Below, one piece after another: positions 1 to 9,657 of a stretch of 64,000 nucleotides of DNA. The translations under genes and the position numbers were made by a program. The DNA is from Escherichia coli (GTDB taxonomy: Bacteria > Pseudomonadota > Gammaproteobacteria > Enterobacterales > Enterobacteriaceae), in NCBI RefSeq assembly GCF_050920415.1, contig NZ_CP169309.1. The stretch is one strand, 5' to 3'. Numbering within the stretch: position 1 is the stretch's first letter; the number at the start of each line of letters is the position of its first letter. The notes under the pieces were generated by a model. It searched no databases. It saw only the letters and a program-made list of their open reading frames with translations, and was not told where the DNA came from.

Positions 1-1731
1 AGCCATACTTTGTACCAGCAGGCCGTGGATACGCGCCTGCGGCCAGGCCATTTTTACGCGATCGAAAATAGCATTTGCGGCTTGCTGGACTTCATTGGCT
101 GTACGCAAGTAGAGCATGACGCCCTGAACTTCTGATTTATGTGGAATATCCGGCGAGCGTAATTTTAGTGCCACCGGATAACCAATCTGTTCGGCAATAT
201 GCACAGCCTCGGTGCTGTCAGTGGCAATCCAGGTGGGAAGTGTGTTCATGCCGTACGCTTGCAGGATAGGCTGAACTTCATGGGTATCGAGCGACGTTGC
301 CCCTTCGACAATGGCCTGTTGCAACAGAAGATGCGCTTCTGCGGTATTAGAGGTCAGATTGCTGGGCAACGCCGGCGTTTCGCGTAGTTGCTTCTGATTA
401 CGCCGGTACTCCACCATATGCATAAAAGCGGTGATGGTTCCTTCCGGGGTGCGGTAGGTCGGCAGCCCGGCTTCGCTGAATAAACGTCGTGCCTCTTGCG
501 AGGAGTGCTCGCCGCACCAGTTCGTCAGCAGAGAAACATACTTGCTGCGGGGATGATGCTTTACCGCTTCAATTAATGCATGTGCGCTTTCTGTTGCGGG
601 AGCAGCGGCGCTGGGCGAATGAATAACCATCAGCGCATCAAAATCCTGACTGTGGAGCAGAATATCCAGCGTTTTAATATAATGCTCACTACTGGCGTCA
701 TCACGAAGATCGAGCGGGTTAGAGATTGCCACATGTTCTGGCAGTGCATCGCGCAATTTCTGGCAGGTTTCTTCACTGAGCGTAGCCAGCTTGCCATTGC
801 GTGACCATAAGGCATCCAGCGCCAGTGCGGCAGGTGCTGCACCGTTGCTGATAATCATCAGCCGCTCTCCACGTAGCGGGCGCATATGGCTAAGGGTTTC
901 GACTGCCGAAAACAGCTCGTGGGTATCCTGTACTCGCAACAAACCGGCGCGCTGAATAGCTGCATCCCAAGCAGGATCCATTCCTGCCGTGGTGTTCAGT
1001 AGTCGTTGCGCCGCCGGGCTACGTCCACTTTTAATCACCAGAATCGGTTTATTACGTGAGGCGCTACGTGCAGCCGAAACAAAACGTCGCGCATCACTTA
1101 ATTGTTCGAGGTAGAGCAGGATTGCACTGGTTTTGCTGTCGCGCGCCAGATAATCGAGCAATTCATCAACGTCGATATCCAGGCTGTCGCCGAGAGCAAT
1201 AAAGTAGGAAAAGCCCATTTCCCGCTGTTGTGCCCAGTCGAGGATGGTATTGGAGACGGCGGCAGACTGCGAAATAAACGCCAGTTTGCCGCGTTTAATC
1301 GGTACAGGCGAAAAGCTGGCATTCAGGCCTTGCCAGGGGGCCAGTAATCCCAGACTGTTTGGCCCCAGCAGACGCATGTTATGGCGCAGGGCGCAGGCGC
1401 GGAGATCTTCGTGTTGCGATACCGGGGCGGAAAGAATAATGCAGGTTTTACAGCCTTTCTCGCCGAGCTCTTCCAGAAGAGCAAGATTGCGGCTGGCATT
1501 GGTACATAAAACCGCAAGATCGGGTGTAAAGGGCAGGCTGGCAATATCCGGCCAGGCCAACACACCCAACACCGCTTTCCAGGCAGGCGTCACCGGGAGT
1601 ACCGGCCCGTTAAATCCCCCCGCCAGCAGGTTACGCATCATCAGATAACCTGCGCGATTGGGTTTCATCGATGCGCCAATTACCGCAATCGATTTTGGTC
1701 GCAGTAATGCTTCCAGTCCTCGCTGACTCAT
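1..1731 (-). CDS. patZ: Protein lysine acetyltransferase PatZ/Pka, N-terminal ~577 codons; 3' end lies beyond window start
   Basis: Reverse-strand translation from ATG at 1731 reads MSQRGLEALLRPKSIAVIGASMKPNRAGYLM, matching PatZ N-terminus; GGGAGA SD upstream; ORF runs off the window edge so it is absent from the ORF track. Confidence 0.85.
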   Translation of the reverse strand, partial: MSQRGLEALLRPKSIAVIGASMKPNRAGYLMMRNLLAGGFNGPVLPVTPAWKAVLGVLAWPDIASLPFTPDLAVLCTNASRNLALLEELGEKGCKTCIILSAPVSQHEDLRACALRHNMRLLGPNSLGLLAPWQGLNASFSPVPIKRGKLAFISQSAAVSNTILDWAQQREMGFSYFIALGDSLDIDVDELLDYLARDSKTSAILLYLEQLSDARRFVSAARSASRNKPILVIKSGRSPAAQRLLNTTAGMDPAWDAAIQRAGLLRVQDTHELFSAVETLSHMRPLRGERLMIISNGAAPAALALDALWSRNGKLATLSEETCQKLRDALPEHVAISNPLDLRDDASSEHYIKTLDILLHSQDFDALMVIHSPSAAAPATESAHALIEAVKHHPRSKYVSLLTNWCGEHSSQEARRLFSEAGLPTYRTPEGTITAFMHMVEYRRNQKQLRETPALPSNLTSNTAEAHLLLQQAIVEGATSLDTHEVQPILQAYGMNTLPTWIATDSTEAVHIAEQIGYPVALKLRSPDIPHKSEVQGVMLYLRTANEVQQAANAIFDRVKMAWPQARIHGLLVQSMA

Positions 1732-1762
1732 ATCGGTCTCCCGCAGAAGTGACCGAATGATT

Positions 1763-2461
1763 TTAAACGCTTTCTAACTGTTCTGCTGTGATGCTACCCA
1801 GATGTTGCGTTTTTCCTGCCAGATAGCGTGTTTTAAAGCGGGTGAAATACTCGCCTAGACCTGCCGCCGCTCCGGTATCGCCGGCCATATCTAACAGTGC
1901 GATGGCAACTTCGGCAGTGCAGTATTGGCCTTCAGCCTGGGCTTCACGCAGGCGATAGGCAGATAGCCGGGAAAGATCGACGGAAATGACGGGGAGATTA
2001 TCCAGATACGGACTTTTACGAAACATCTTGCGAGCTTCCGGCCAGGTACCATCGAGCATGATAAACAGCGGTGGCTTACCAGCAGGTGGTGTAAAAATCA
2101 CTTCCCGTTGTTCATTAGCATATGAGGCAGGGAAGACCACCACCGGTTGATAATCCGGGTTTTGTACCAGAGCCAGCAAATCCTGCGAGGGTTCGGTACG
2201 GGACCATTGAAACGCGACGGTATTTGGCAAGATATCGGCAATCAGACGCCCGGTGTTACTGGGCTTCATTGGCTCGGTGTCGAACATCAGCAAACAAAAG
2301 CGACTTTTAGCTTCCGCTGGAGTAATTGTCGAACAGAGACATAATTTCTCTGGCAAAAGACAGCGTTGGCAGCGACGAACGCGATTACCGCGGGCAAGAA
2401 AAGGACGTGTTGCGCGCGCAATACGCTCGGCGCGTAACTGGAGAACAGCGTTTTCGGTCAT
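1763..2461 (-). CDS. yfiP: DTW-domain tRNA-uridine aminocarboxypropyltransferase (YfiP/TapT), 232 aa
   Basis: ORF 1763..2527; DTW motif (LDGTWPEARKMF); start set at internal ATG (MTENAVLQLRAER) to match known length. Confidence 0.85.
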   Translation of the reverse strand: MTENAVLQLRAERIARATRPFLARGNRVRRCQRCLLPEKLCLCSTITPAEAKSRFCLLMFDTEPMKPSNTGRLIADILPNTVAFQWSRTEPSQDLLALVQNPDYQPVVVFPASYANEQREVIFTPPAGKPPLFIMLDGTWPEARKMFRKSPYLDNLPVISVDLSRLSAYRLREAQAEGQYCTAEVAIALLDMAGDTGAAAGLGEYFTRFKTRYLAGKTQHLGSITAEQLESV

Positions 2462-2529
2462 AAGAGAGCGTCGAAAAAACGCCATTGTCGCAGAGGAGAA
2501 AACGGGGCACAAGATGCACCCCGACAAGA

Positions 2530-2949
2530 TTAAAGCGATTCGTTCAGCCAGCTATCGAAAGGTGCTTTTGGTACTGCGCCATTAAGCATGTCGACAACCT
2601 GACCGTTTTTGAAAATCATGATTGTCGGAATGCTACGAATACCAAAGCGGCTGCTTAATTCACGTTCAGCTTCGGTATTCACTTTCACAAAGCGCACTTT
2701 ACCGCTACGCTCTTGCGCAACATCTTCAAAAATTGGTGCGAAATTACGGCAGGGGCCGCACCACGGCGCCCAGAAGTCGATCACCACAGGCAGATCATCT
2801 TTCAGCAATTTATCGAGCGTTTCACCGGTCGCATTAATCACCTCTCCGTCAAACAAGTCGTGACCGCAGCGTCCGCATTTTGCCGCATCTTCGATCCGAT
2901 CGTCGGGAATGCGATTGATGGCCTGACAATGGGTACAAACGGTATTCAT
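2530..2949 (-). CDS. trxC: Thioredoxin 2
   Basis: 139-aa ORF with N-terminal Zn-finger cysteines (CTHC..CGRC) and WAPWCGPCR active site. Confidence 0.95.
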
Positions 2950-3155
2950 AACTAACCTCGGGATGAGTAAGGAGACTTATCGGCAACGACGCCGGTATGT
3001 TTCTAATATGTTACATATTATCGGGGACATTGTTCCAGACAACAATCTGTTTTATTCAATAGGTATGATAGTCGCAGGCTTTGGTACGAAATCATGGCGA
3101 ACCGCGCGCACTTCGGGTAATCTGCGCGCTTCGCGCAGCGCTGGTGGAGAAAAGC

Positions 3156-4193
3156 ATGAACGATGAGATGAAAGGTAAAAGCGGCAAGGTCAAAGTGATG
3201 TATGTCCGCAGTGATGATGATTCTGATAAACGTACCCATAACCCGCGTACCGGGAAAGGGGGCGGGCGTCCAGGAAAATCTCGTGCCGACGGTGGCCGTC
3301 GCCCCGCCCGCGATGACAAACAAAGTCAGCCCCGTGACCGCAAGTGGGAAGAGTCTCCGTGGCGCACGGTTTCCCGCGCGCCGGGTGATGAGACGCCGGA
3401 AAAGGCCGATCACGGTGGCATCAGTGGTAAAAGTTTTATTGATCCGGAAGTGTTGCGTCGTCAGCGTGCGGAAGAAACCCGCGTCTACGGCGAAAACGCC
3501 TGTCAGGCACTGTTCCAGAGCCGCCCCGAAGCGATTGTTCGCGCCTGGTTTATTCAGAGCGTAACGCCACGTTTTAAAGAAGCATTGCGCTGGATGGCGG
3601 CAAACCGCAAAGCGTATCATGTGGTGGATGAAGCGGAACTGACCAAAGCGTCAGGCACGGAACATCACGGCGGCGTTTGCTTCCTGATCAAAAAGCGTAA
3701 CGGTACAACCGTGCAGCAGTGGGTAAGTCAGGCAGGTGCGCAGGATTGTGTACTGGCACTGGAAAACGAATCTAACCCGCATAACCTGGGTGGCATGATG
3801 CGCAGTTGCGCGCACTTCGGCGTGAAAGGCGTTGTGGTGCAGGATGCGGCGTTGCTGGAATCCGGTGCGGCTATCCGTACCGCAGAAGGCGGTGCAGAGC
3901 ATGTTCAGCCGATTACTGGCGACAACATTGTTAACGTGCTGGATGACTTCCGCCAGGCGGGTTACACCGTAGTGACCACCTCCAGCGAGCAGGGTAAACC
4001 GCTGTTCAAAACCAGTCTGCCAGAGAAAATGGTGCTAGTGCTGGGTCAGGAATATGAAGGGTTACCGGATGCCGCACGCGATCCGAACGATTTGCGCGTG
4101 AAGATTGACGGAACTGGCAATGTTGCCGGGCTGAATATCTCTGTTGCAACCGGCGTTTTGCTTGGCGAATGGTGGCGTCAGAACAAAGCCTGA
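3156..4193 (+). CDS. yfiF: SpoU/TrmH-family RNA 2'-O-methyltransferase YfiF with basic low-complexity N-terminal extension
   Basis: ORF 3081..4193; start at ATG 3156 ([11 protein letters not shown]) preceded by GGTGGAGA; C-terminal SpoU-like domain. Confidence 0.85.
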   Translation: MNDEMKGKSGKVKVMYVRSDDDSDKRTHNPRTGKGGGRPGKSRADGGRRPARDDKQSQPRDRKWEESPWRTVSRAPGDETPEKADHGGISGKSFIDPEVLRRQRAEETRVYGENACQALFQSRPEAIVRAWFIQSVTPRFKEALRWMAANRKAYHVVDEAELTKASGTEHHGGVCFLIKKRNGTTVQQWVSQAGAQDCVLALENESNPHNLGGMMRSCAHFGVKGVVVQDAALLESGAAIRTAEGGAEHVQPITGDNIVNVLDDFRQAGYTVVTTSSEQGKPLFKTSLPEKMVLVLGQEYEGLPDAARDPNDLRVKIDGTGNVAGLNISVATGVLLGEWWRQNKA

Positions 4194-4200
4194 TAAATCA

Positions 4201-4231
4201 GCCGGGTGGCAATTCTGCCATCCGGCGTTTT
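4201..4231. terminator. Hairpin between convergent yfiF and ung (bidirectional terminator)
   Basis: gccgggtggcaattctgccatccggc stem-loop followed by T-run. Confidence 0.6.
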
Positions 4232-4240
4232 CCCTTAAAT

Positions 4241-4930
4241 TTACTCACTCTCTGCCGGTAATACTGGCATCCAGTCAATCGGTTTCTCGCCACGTTGTTC
4301 CAGCCACTGATTTGCCAGCACAAAATGATTGCAGCCAAAGAATCCACGATGTGCAGAAAGCGGCGATGGATGCGGCGCTTTCAGTACGTGGTGGCGTTGC
4401 TTATCTATAATCGCCCCTTTCTTTTGCGCATGTGATCCCCACAACAAAAACACCACGCCTTCGCGGTGCTGGTTAATCAGGCTGATGACTTTGTCGGTGA
4501 AGGTCTCCCAACCGAGGCTGGCGTGGGAATGCGCCTGACCTGCGCGAACCGTCAAGACGGTATTGAGCAGCAAAACGCCCTGACGCGCCCAGCTCTCAAG
4601 ATAGCCATGATCAGGGCGGGTAAAGCCGGGAATGGTATTTTCCAACTCTTTATACATATTCAGTAATGACGGAGGAATGGCGATTCCGGGACGAACAGAA
4701 AATGCCAGACCATGCGCTTGCCCGGGGCCATGATAGGGGTCCTGACCGAGGATCACGACTTTGACATCGCCCAACTCGGTAAAGCGAAAGGCGTTAAAGA
4801 CATCTTTTTGTGGTGGATAGATAGTGATGCCGGACTGCCGCTCGCTGGCGACGGTTTGAAGGGTATTAAGGAAATAGGGTTGTTGCTTCTCTTCAGCCAG
4901 CACGTCATGCCAGGTTAATTCGTTAGCCAT
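4241..4930 (-). CDS. ung: Uracil-DNA glycosylase
   Basis: 229-aa [27 protein letters not shown]... with [18 protein letters not shown] motif. Confidence 0.97.
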   Translation of the reverse strand: MANELTWHDVLAEEKQQPYFLNTLQTVASERQSGITIYPPQKDVFNAFRFTELGDVKVVILGQDPYHGPGQAHGLAFSVRPGIAIPPSLLNMYKELENTIPGFTRPDHGYLESWARQGVLLLNTVLTVRAGQAHSHASLGWETFTDKVISLINQHREGVVFLLWGSHAQKKGAIIDKQRHHVLKAPHPSPLSAHRGFFGCNHFVLANQWLEQRGEKPIDWMPVLPAESE

Positions 4931-5060
4931 CTCGCTCTCCTGCGAATTTTCAATCCGCCTAGCTTAACTGCTTCTTTCTACAGAACAAAACCAAGCTCAT
5001 TTTTTAGACTTTAATGAGTGCAAAAAAATGTAAATTGGTAAAATTTCACACCCGTATAAG

Positions 5061-5127
5061 TTGATGTAAAACAATAAAATCCATTTGCGACCACACTTGA
5101 TGCGTGGTTTTTATTGATTTAAATCAA
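5061..5127 (+). promoter_or_regulatory. grcA promoter region with two FNR-type boxes (TTGATgtaaAACAA at ~5061-5074; TTGATttaaATCAA at ~5114-5127)
   Basis: Perfect TTGAT-N4-ATCAA palindrome about 120 nt upstream of grcA ATG, second half-conserved box ~53 bp further upstream; grcA is known to be FNR-activated. Confidence 0.6.
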
Positions 5128-5234
5128 TGAATCAAGGGTGTTTGAGGAGTATATATACACTCAAGCAACAATGGTTTTACCAATTGGCCGCGACAGGCTA
5201 AACAAATCAAATAATTTTGCCGGGGAGGCATCAC

Positions 5235-5618
5235 ATGATTACAGGTATCCAGATTACTAAAGCTGCTAATGACGATCTGCTGAACTCTTTCTGGCTGCTG
5301 GACAGCGAAAAAGGCGAAGCGCGTTGCATCGTTGCGAAAGCAGGTTTTGCAGAAGACGAAGTGGTTGCAGTAAGCAAACTGGGTGACATTGAATACCGTG
5401 AAGTTCCAGTAGAAGTTAAACCAGAAGTTCGCGTTGAAGGTGGTCAGCACCTGAACGTAAACGTTCTGCGTCGTGAAACTCTGGAAGATGCAGTTAAGCA
5501 TCCGGAAAAATATCCGCAGCTGACCATCCGTGTATCCGGTTATGCAGTTCGCTTTAACTCTCTGACTCCGGAACAGCAGCGCGATGTTATCGCTCGTACC
5601 TTTACTGAAAGCCTGTAA
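5235..5618 (+). CDS. grcA: Glycyl-radical autonomous cofactor (pyruvate formate-lyase repair protein)
   Basis: 127 aa from ATG 5235 ([14 protein letters not shown]...) with C-terminal RVSGYAVRF glycyl-radical motif; GGGGAGG SD. Confidence 0.95.
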
Positions 5619-5640
5619 GGTTTAAGTAGCAAGTTACTAA

Positions 5641-5671
5641 GCGGAAGAGGGCGACCTCTTCCGCTTTTTTT
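5641..5671. terminator. Bidirectional rho-independent terminator between grcA and eamB
   Basis: gcggaagagg-gcga-cctcttccgc hairpin followed by T7 run. Confidence 0.7.
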
Positions 5672-5673
5672 CA

Positions 5674-6261
5674 TTAACAGAAAATGCGCACCGCGCAATA
5701 GACCAGCAACAACGCCAGCACGATATTTAACTGGCGACCATACTGGCGAAACAATCGCTGAAACAGATGCCCCGCCAGCGCCCAGCACACATTGCCAAAG
5801 GTCCCAATCATTGCCAGCAAAACGCTGACGCCAATCACCCAGCTTAACGCCTGCGTTTGTGGCAGGACAAATGTCGACAGTGCTGTAATGCCGTACAAAA
5901 TAATTTTGACGTTCACAAACTGCAAAGCAAAGCTGGCCCAGAAGCTGATCGGTTTGGCCTGAAGTCCGTCTTCCTTGGTTGGACTGGTAGCGATTTTCCA
6001 CGCCAGCCAGACAATATATGCCGCTCCTGCCCAACTCAAAAGGTGCACCGCTGCCGGGTCAATAACAGCCAGTGAAAATGAAATTCCTGCACACAGTAAC
6101 ATCACAATCAAAAATCCCAGACTCATCCCTGCCAGCACGTGGGTACTCCGACGAAATCCATGCGACGTGGCAGAGCTAAGAGCGAGTATATTGTTTGGTC
6201 CTGGCGTCAGGGCGGTAATCAGGGTGTAGGTCCAAAAAGCACTTAAAAGGGTCGGTGTCAC
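5674..6261 (-). CDS. eamB: LysE/RhtB-family cysteine/O-acetylserine exporter
   Basis: 195-aa hydrophobic ORF, length and position match eamB (yfiK). Confidence 0.9.
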   Translation of the reverse strand: MTPTLLSAFWTYTLITALTPGPNNILALSSATSHGFRRSTHVLAGMSLGFLIVMLLCAGISFSLAVIDPAAVHLLSWAGAAYIVWLAWKIATSPTKEDGLQAKPISFWASFALQFVNVKIILYGITALSTFVLPQTQALSWVIGVSVLLAMIGTFGNVCWALAGHLFQRLFRQYGRQLNIVLALLLVYCAVRIFC

Positions 6262-6363
6262 TTGTTATCTCCTCTGTTTTGGTAGACAGTACCCGACACA
6301 AAACATTTAAAAAAATGAATGTTTTAACATTCTAAATTCGATATTTTCGATAGGTTTGGGGTT

Positions 6364-7245
6364 ATGGATCTGCGCCGTTTTATTACGCTTAAAACCGTGG
6401 TGGAAGAGGGTTCCTTTTTGCGAGCTTCGCAAAAATTGTGCTGCACACAATCGACGGTGACTTTTCATATTCAGCAGCTTGAACAGGAGTTCTCAGTACA
6501 ATTGTTTGAGAAAATTGGTCGACGCATGTGCCTCACTCGCGAAGGCAAAAAGTTGCTGCCGCACATCTATGAACTCACCAGAGTGATGGATACGCTTCGT
6601 GAGGCTGCCAAAAAAGAGTCTGATCCGGACGGAGAACTGCGCGTTGTTTCAGGCGAAACGCTGCTCTCTTACCGAATGCCGCAGGTGTTGCAGCGTTTTC
6701 GGCAACGTGCACCAAAAGTGCGTTTATCACTGCAGTCGCTGAACTGTTACGTGATCCGTGATGCTCTACTGAATGATGAGGCCGACGTCGGTGTTTTTTA
6801 TCGCGTAGGAAATGATGATGCTCTGAATCGACGAGAATTGGGTGAACAATCGCTGGTGCTGGTGGCTTCACCGCAAATTGCAGATGTCGATTTTACCCAG
6901 CCGGGAAGACATAACGCCTGTAGTTTTATTATCAACGAACCGCAATGTGTCTTCCGGCAGATATTTGAGAGCACGCTGCGCCAGCGGCGGATCACGGTGG
7001 AAAATACCATTGAGCTTATAAGTATCGAAAGCATAAAGCGTTGTGTCGCGGCGAATATCGGAGTTAGCTATCTGCCGCGTTTTGCGGTGGCAAAAGAGTT
7101 GGAGTGCGGAGAATTAATCGAATTGCCTTTTGGCGAACAGTCGCAGACCATTACGGCAATGTGCGCACACCATGCCGGGAAAGCGGTTAGCCCGGCGATG
7201 CACACTTTTATTCAGTGTGTTGAAGAGTGTTTTTTGCCGGGATAA
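6364..7245 (+). CDS. yfiE: LysR-family transcriptional regulator YfiE
   Basis: 293-aa ORF with N-terminal HTH (LRRFITLKTVVEEGSFLRASQKL) and LysR substrate-binding region. Confidence 0.9.
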   Translation: MDLRRFITLKTVVEEGSFLRASQKLCCTQSTVTFHIQQLEQEFSVQLFEKIGRRMCLTREGKKLLPHIYELTRVMDTLREAAKKESDPDGELRVVSGETLLSYRMPQVLQRFRQRAPKVRLSLQSLNCYVIRDALLNDEADVGVFYRVGNDDALNRRELGEQSLVLVASPQIADVDFTQPGRHNACSFIINEPQCVFRQIFESTLRQRRITVENTIELISIESIKRCVAANIGVSYLPRFAVAKELECGELIELPFGEQSQTITAMCAHHAGKAVSPAMHTFIQCVEECFLPG

Positions 7246-7303
7246 AAATAATGCCGGGCTTAAACCCGGCACCCAACTTGTCGACGAAGTGCGTTTTGTT
7301 CAT

Positions 7304-7401
7304 GCCGGATGCGGCGTGAACGCCTTATCCGGCCTACAAGATCGTGCAAATTCAATATATTGCATGAGCCATGTAGGCCTGATAAGCGTAGCGCATCAGG
7401 C
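7304..7401. repeat. BIME: inverted pair of REP elements, flanked by two copies of a ccgggcttaaacccgg hairpin (7253-7270 and 7426-7449)
   Basis: gccggatgcggcgtgaacgccttatccggcctac and inverted gtaggcctgataagcgtagcgcatcaggc; typical REP consensus. Confidence 0.85.
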
Positions 7402-7453
7402 AGTTTTGCGTTTGCCAGCACTTTTAATTCCGGGCTTAAACCCGGAATTAAGA

Positions 7454-8788
7454 TCACTCTTCTGTCGTTTGCGGTGGTACGCCTGTTCCGCTTGGTTTGC
7501 GTCGCTTACCAATATTTTTGGTATCGCGATGGCGTTTTTTCACCCGTGGCTTCTCTTTCTCTTTAGCCTTTTTCTTCTCGGCGCGTTTTGCCAGTACTTT
7601 CTTCGATGGCTTGCCGGTCTGCTTCTCGCTTGGCGCACGCGTTTTCGGGCGTAACTCATCAATTACGCGAGCTTTAATTGGCTCTTCAATATAACGGCCT
7701 ACTTTGCCCAGCAGCAGATGGTCATGAGCTTCAACCAGTGAAATCGCGGTTCCCTTACGACCAGCGCGAGCAGTACGTCCGATACGGTGTAAATAAGTAT
7801 CGCCACTGCGTGGCATATCGAAGTTAAAGACATGGCTGACATCCGGAATGTCGATACCGCGCGCGGCAACATCAGTGGCAACCAGTACGTTAACGCGACC
7901 TTCGGTCAGACGCTTGATCGCTTCGTTACGCTTGCCTTGTACCATCTCACCTTCGAGATAGCAGTTGTTGATGCCCGCTTCGCGCAGCCAGTTTGCCAAC
8001 TCATGCACACGCTCACGCTTACGCACAAATACAATTGAGCGGGTCGCTTCCGGTTGTTTTAACAGATGCACCAGTAATGCGGTTTTATGTTCCAGGTCAT
8101 CAGCGCGGTAATACCACTGATGAATCTTTTTGCGCTCACGGGTGGATGGATTCGCAGAAACTTCCACCGGATCTTCAAGCAGACGCTCGGCAAAATCCTG
8201 AATGGCATCGCCTTCAAGCGTTGCCGAGAAGAACAGAGTCTGTTTACGCCAGCGCGTTTCGCCCGCAATATGTTCGATATCCTGAGCAAAACCCATATCC
8301 AGCATTCGGTCTGCTTCGTCGAGGATCAGCGTTTCAACCGCGCGGCAATCGAAGTTCTCTTCTTTTATGTATTGCAGCAGACGTCCGGTCGTGGCAACCA
8401 CGATATCCTGGTTTTCGCTGAATACTTCCGCGTGGTTCATATAGGCTACGCCGCCGGTGATGGTGGCGATATCCAGATGCGTATGTTTCGCCAGTTCGCG
8501 GGCATGATCGGCCACCTGCATCGCCAATTCGCGAGTCGGGGTGAGGATCAAAATACGCGGCGGACCGGATTTCTTACGGGGAAAATCGAGCAGGTGCTGC
8601 AACGCTGGCAGCAGATACGCCGCCGTTTTACCGGTGCCTGTCGGCGCAGAACCGAGTACATCACGGCCATCGAGCGCAGGCGGAATGGCGGCAGCCTGAA
8701 TGGCGGTCGGGCGAGTGAAACCTTTATCCTGGAGGGCTTCCAGCAGGCTTTCGTCGAGTTCAAGTTCGGAAAAAGTCGTTACAGTCAT
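7454..8788 (-). CDS. srmB: DEAD-box ATP-dependent RNA helicase SrmB
   Basis: 444-aa ORF with GTGKT (Walker A), DEAD, SAT and [10 protein letters not shown] motifs and K/R-rich C-terminal tail. Confidence 0.95.
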   Translation of the reverse strand: MTVTTFSELELDESLLEALQDKGFTRPTAIQAAAIPPALDGRDVLGSAPTGTGKTAAYLLPALQHLLDFPRKKSGPPRILILTPTRELAMQVADHARELAKHTHLDIATITGGVAYMNHAEVFSENQDIVVATTGRLLQYIKEENFDCRAVETLILDEADRMLDMGFAQDIEHIAGETRWRKQTLFFSATLEGDAIQDFAERLLEDPVEVSANPSTRERKKIHQWYYRADDLEHKTALLVHLLKQPEATRSIVFVRKRERVHELANWLREAGINNCYLEGEMVQGKRNEAIKRLTEGRVNVLVATDVAARGIDIPDVSHVFNFDMPRSGDTYLHRIGRTARAGRKGTAISLVEAHDHLLLGKVGRYIEEPIKARVIDELRPKTRAPSEKQTGKPSKKVLAKRAEKKKAKEKEKPRVKKRHRDTKNIGKRRKPSGTGVPPQTTEE

Positions 8789-8919
8789 GTTCTACCTCTG
8801 TGTGGGGCGCTGATTATAGACGTTACGGCTGCAATCTTCATCTGTTTGTATGGATATCGCTTCTCGGGTATTGTTCTCACCCGGTGCTATCGCCGTTTTT
8901 CCTGCAAGGTTTTATTTTC

Positions 8920-9657
8920 ATGTCACAGTCTACATCCGTGCTTCGTCGTAATGGATTTACTTTTAAACAGTTTTTTGTTGCTCACGATCGCTGTGCGATG
9001 AAAGTGGGAACGGATGGCATTTTGCTGGGCGCATGGGCACCGGTGGCTGGGGTAAAACGTTGCCTTGATATCGGCGCGGGTAGCGGGTTGCTGGCATTAA
9101 TGCTGGCGCAGCGAACCGATGACAGCGTGATGATTGATGCCGTTGAACTGGAAGGTGAAGCTGCGACTCAGGCGCAGGAAAATATCAACCAGTCCCCTTG
9201 GGCAGAGCGGATTAATATCTATCCGGCGGATATTCAGCAGTGGATCACCCAGCAGACAGCACGCTTTGATTTAATCATCAGTAACCCGCCTTATTATCAG
9301 CAGGGCGTTGAGTGCGCTACGCCGCAGAGGGAACAGGCACGCTATACCACTACGCTTGATCATCAATCGTTGCTAACCTGCGCGGCGGAGTGCATTACTG
9401 AAGAGGGATTTTTTTGCGTGGTGTTGCCAGAGCAGATTGGTAATGGTTTTACTGAACTGGCATTAAGAATGGGCTGGCATTTACGTTTACGGACGGATGT
9501 GGCGGAAAACGAAACGCGACAGCCGCATCGGGTGCTGCTGGCATTCTCCCCACAGGCGGGAGAATGCTATAGCGATCGCTTAGTGATTCGTGGGCCAGAC
9601 CAGAGCTATTCCGAAGCGTACACTGCGCTGACCCAGGCTTTTTATTTGTTTATGTAA
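8920..9657 (+). CDS. yfiC: tRNA (adenine37-N6)-methyltransferase TrmN6 (YfiC)
   Basis: ORF 8800..9657; start at ATG 8920 ([13 protein letters not shown]) gives 245 aa; NPPY methyltransferase motif (IISNPPYY). Confidence 0.85.
   Translation: MSQSTSVLRRNGFTFKQFFVAHDRCAMKVGTDGILLGAWAPVAGVKRCLDIGAGSGLLALMLAQRTDDSVMIDAVELEGEAATQAQENINQSPWAERINIYPADIQQWITQQTARFDLIISNPPYYQQGVECATPQREQARYTTTLDHQSLLTCAAECITEEGFFCVVLPEQIGNGFTELALRMGWHLRLRTDVAENETRQPHRVLLAFSPQAGECYSDRLVIRGPDQSYSEAYTALTQAFYLFM

Noticed and set aside
199-1648. Several 60-134 aa ORFs on both strands within the first 1.7 kb
   Set aside because: They lie inside the patZ coding region, which runs off the window edge and is therefore absent from the ORF track; the real gene is the minus-strand frame starting at 1731.
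8087-9001. 304-aa plus-strand ORF overlapping srmB and the yfiC upstream region
   Set aside because: Antisense to srmB; the translation has no domain-like features and conflicts with two well-supported genes.
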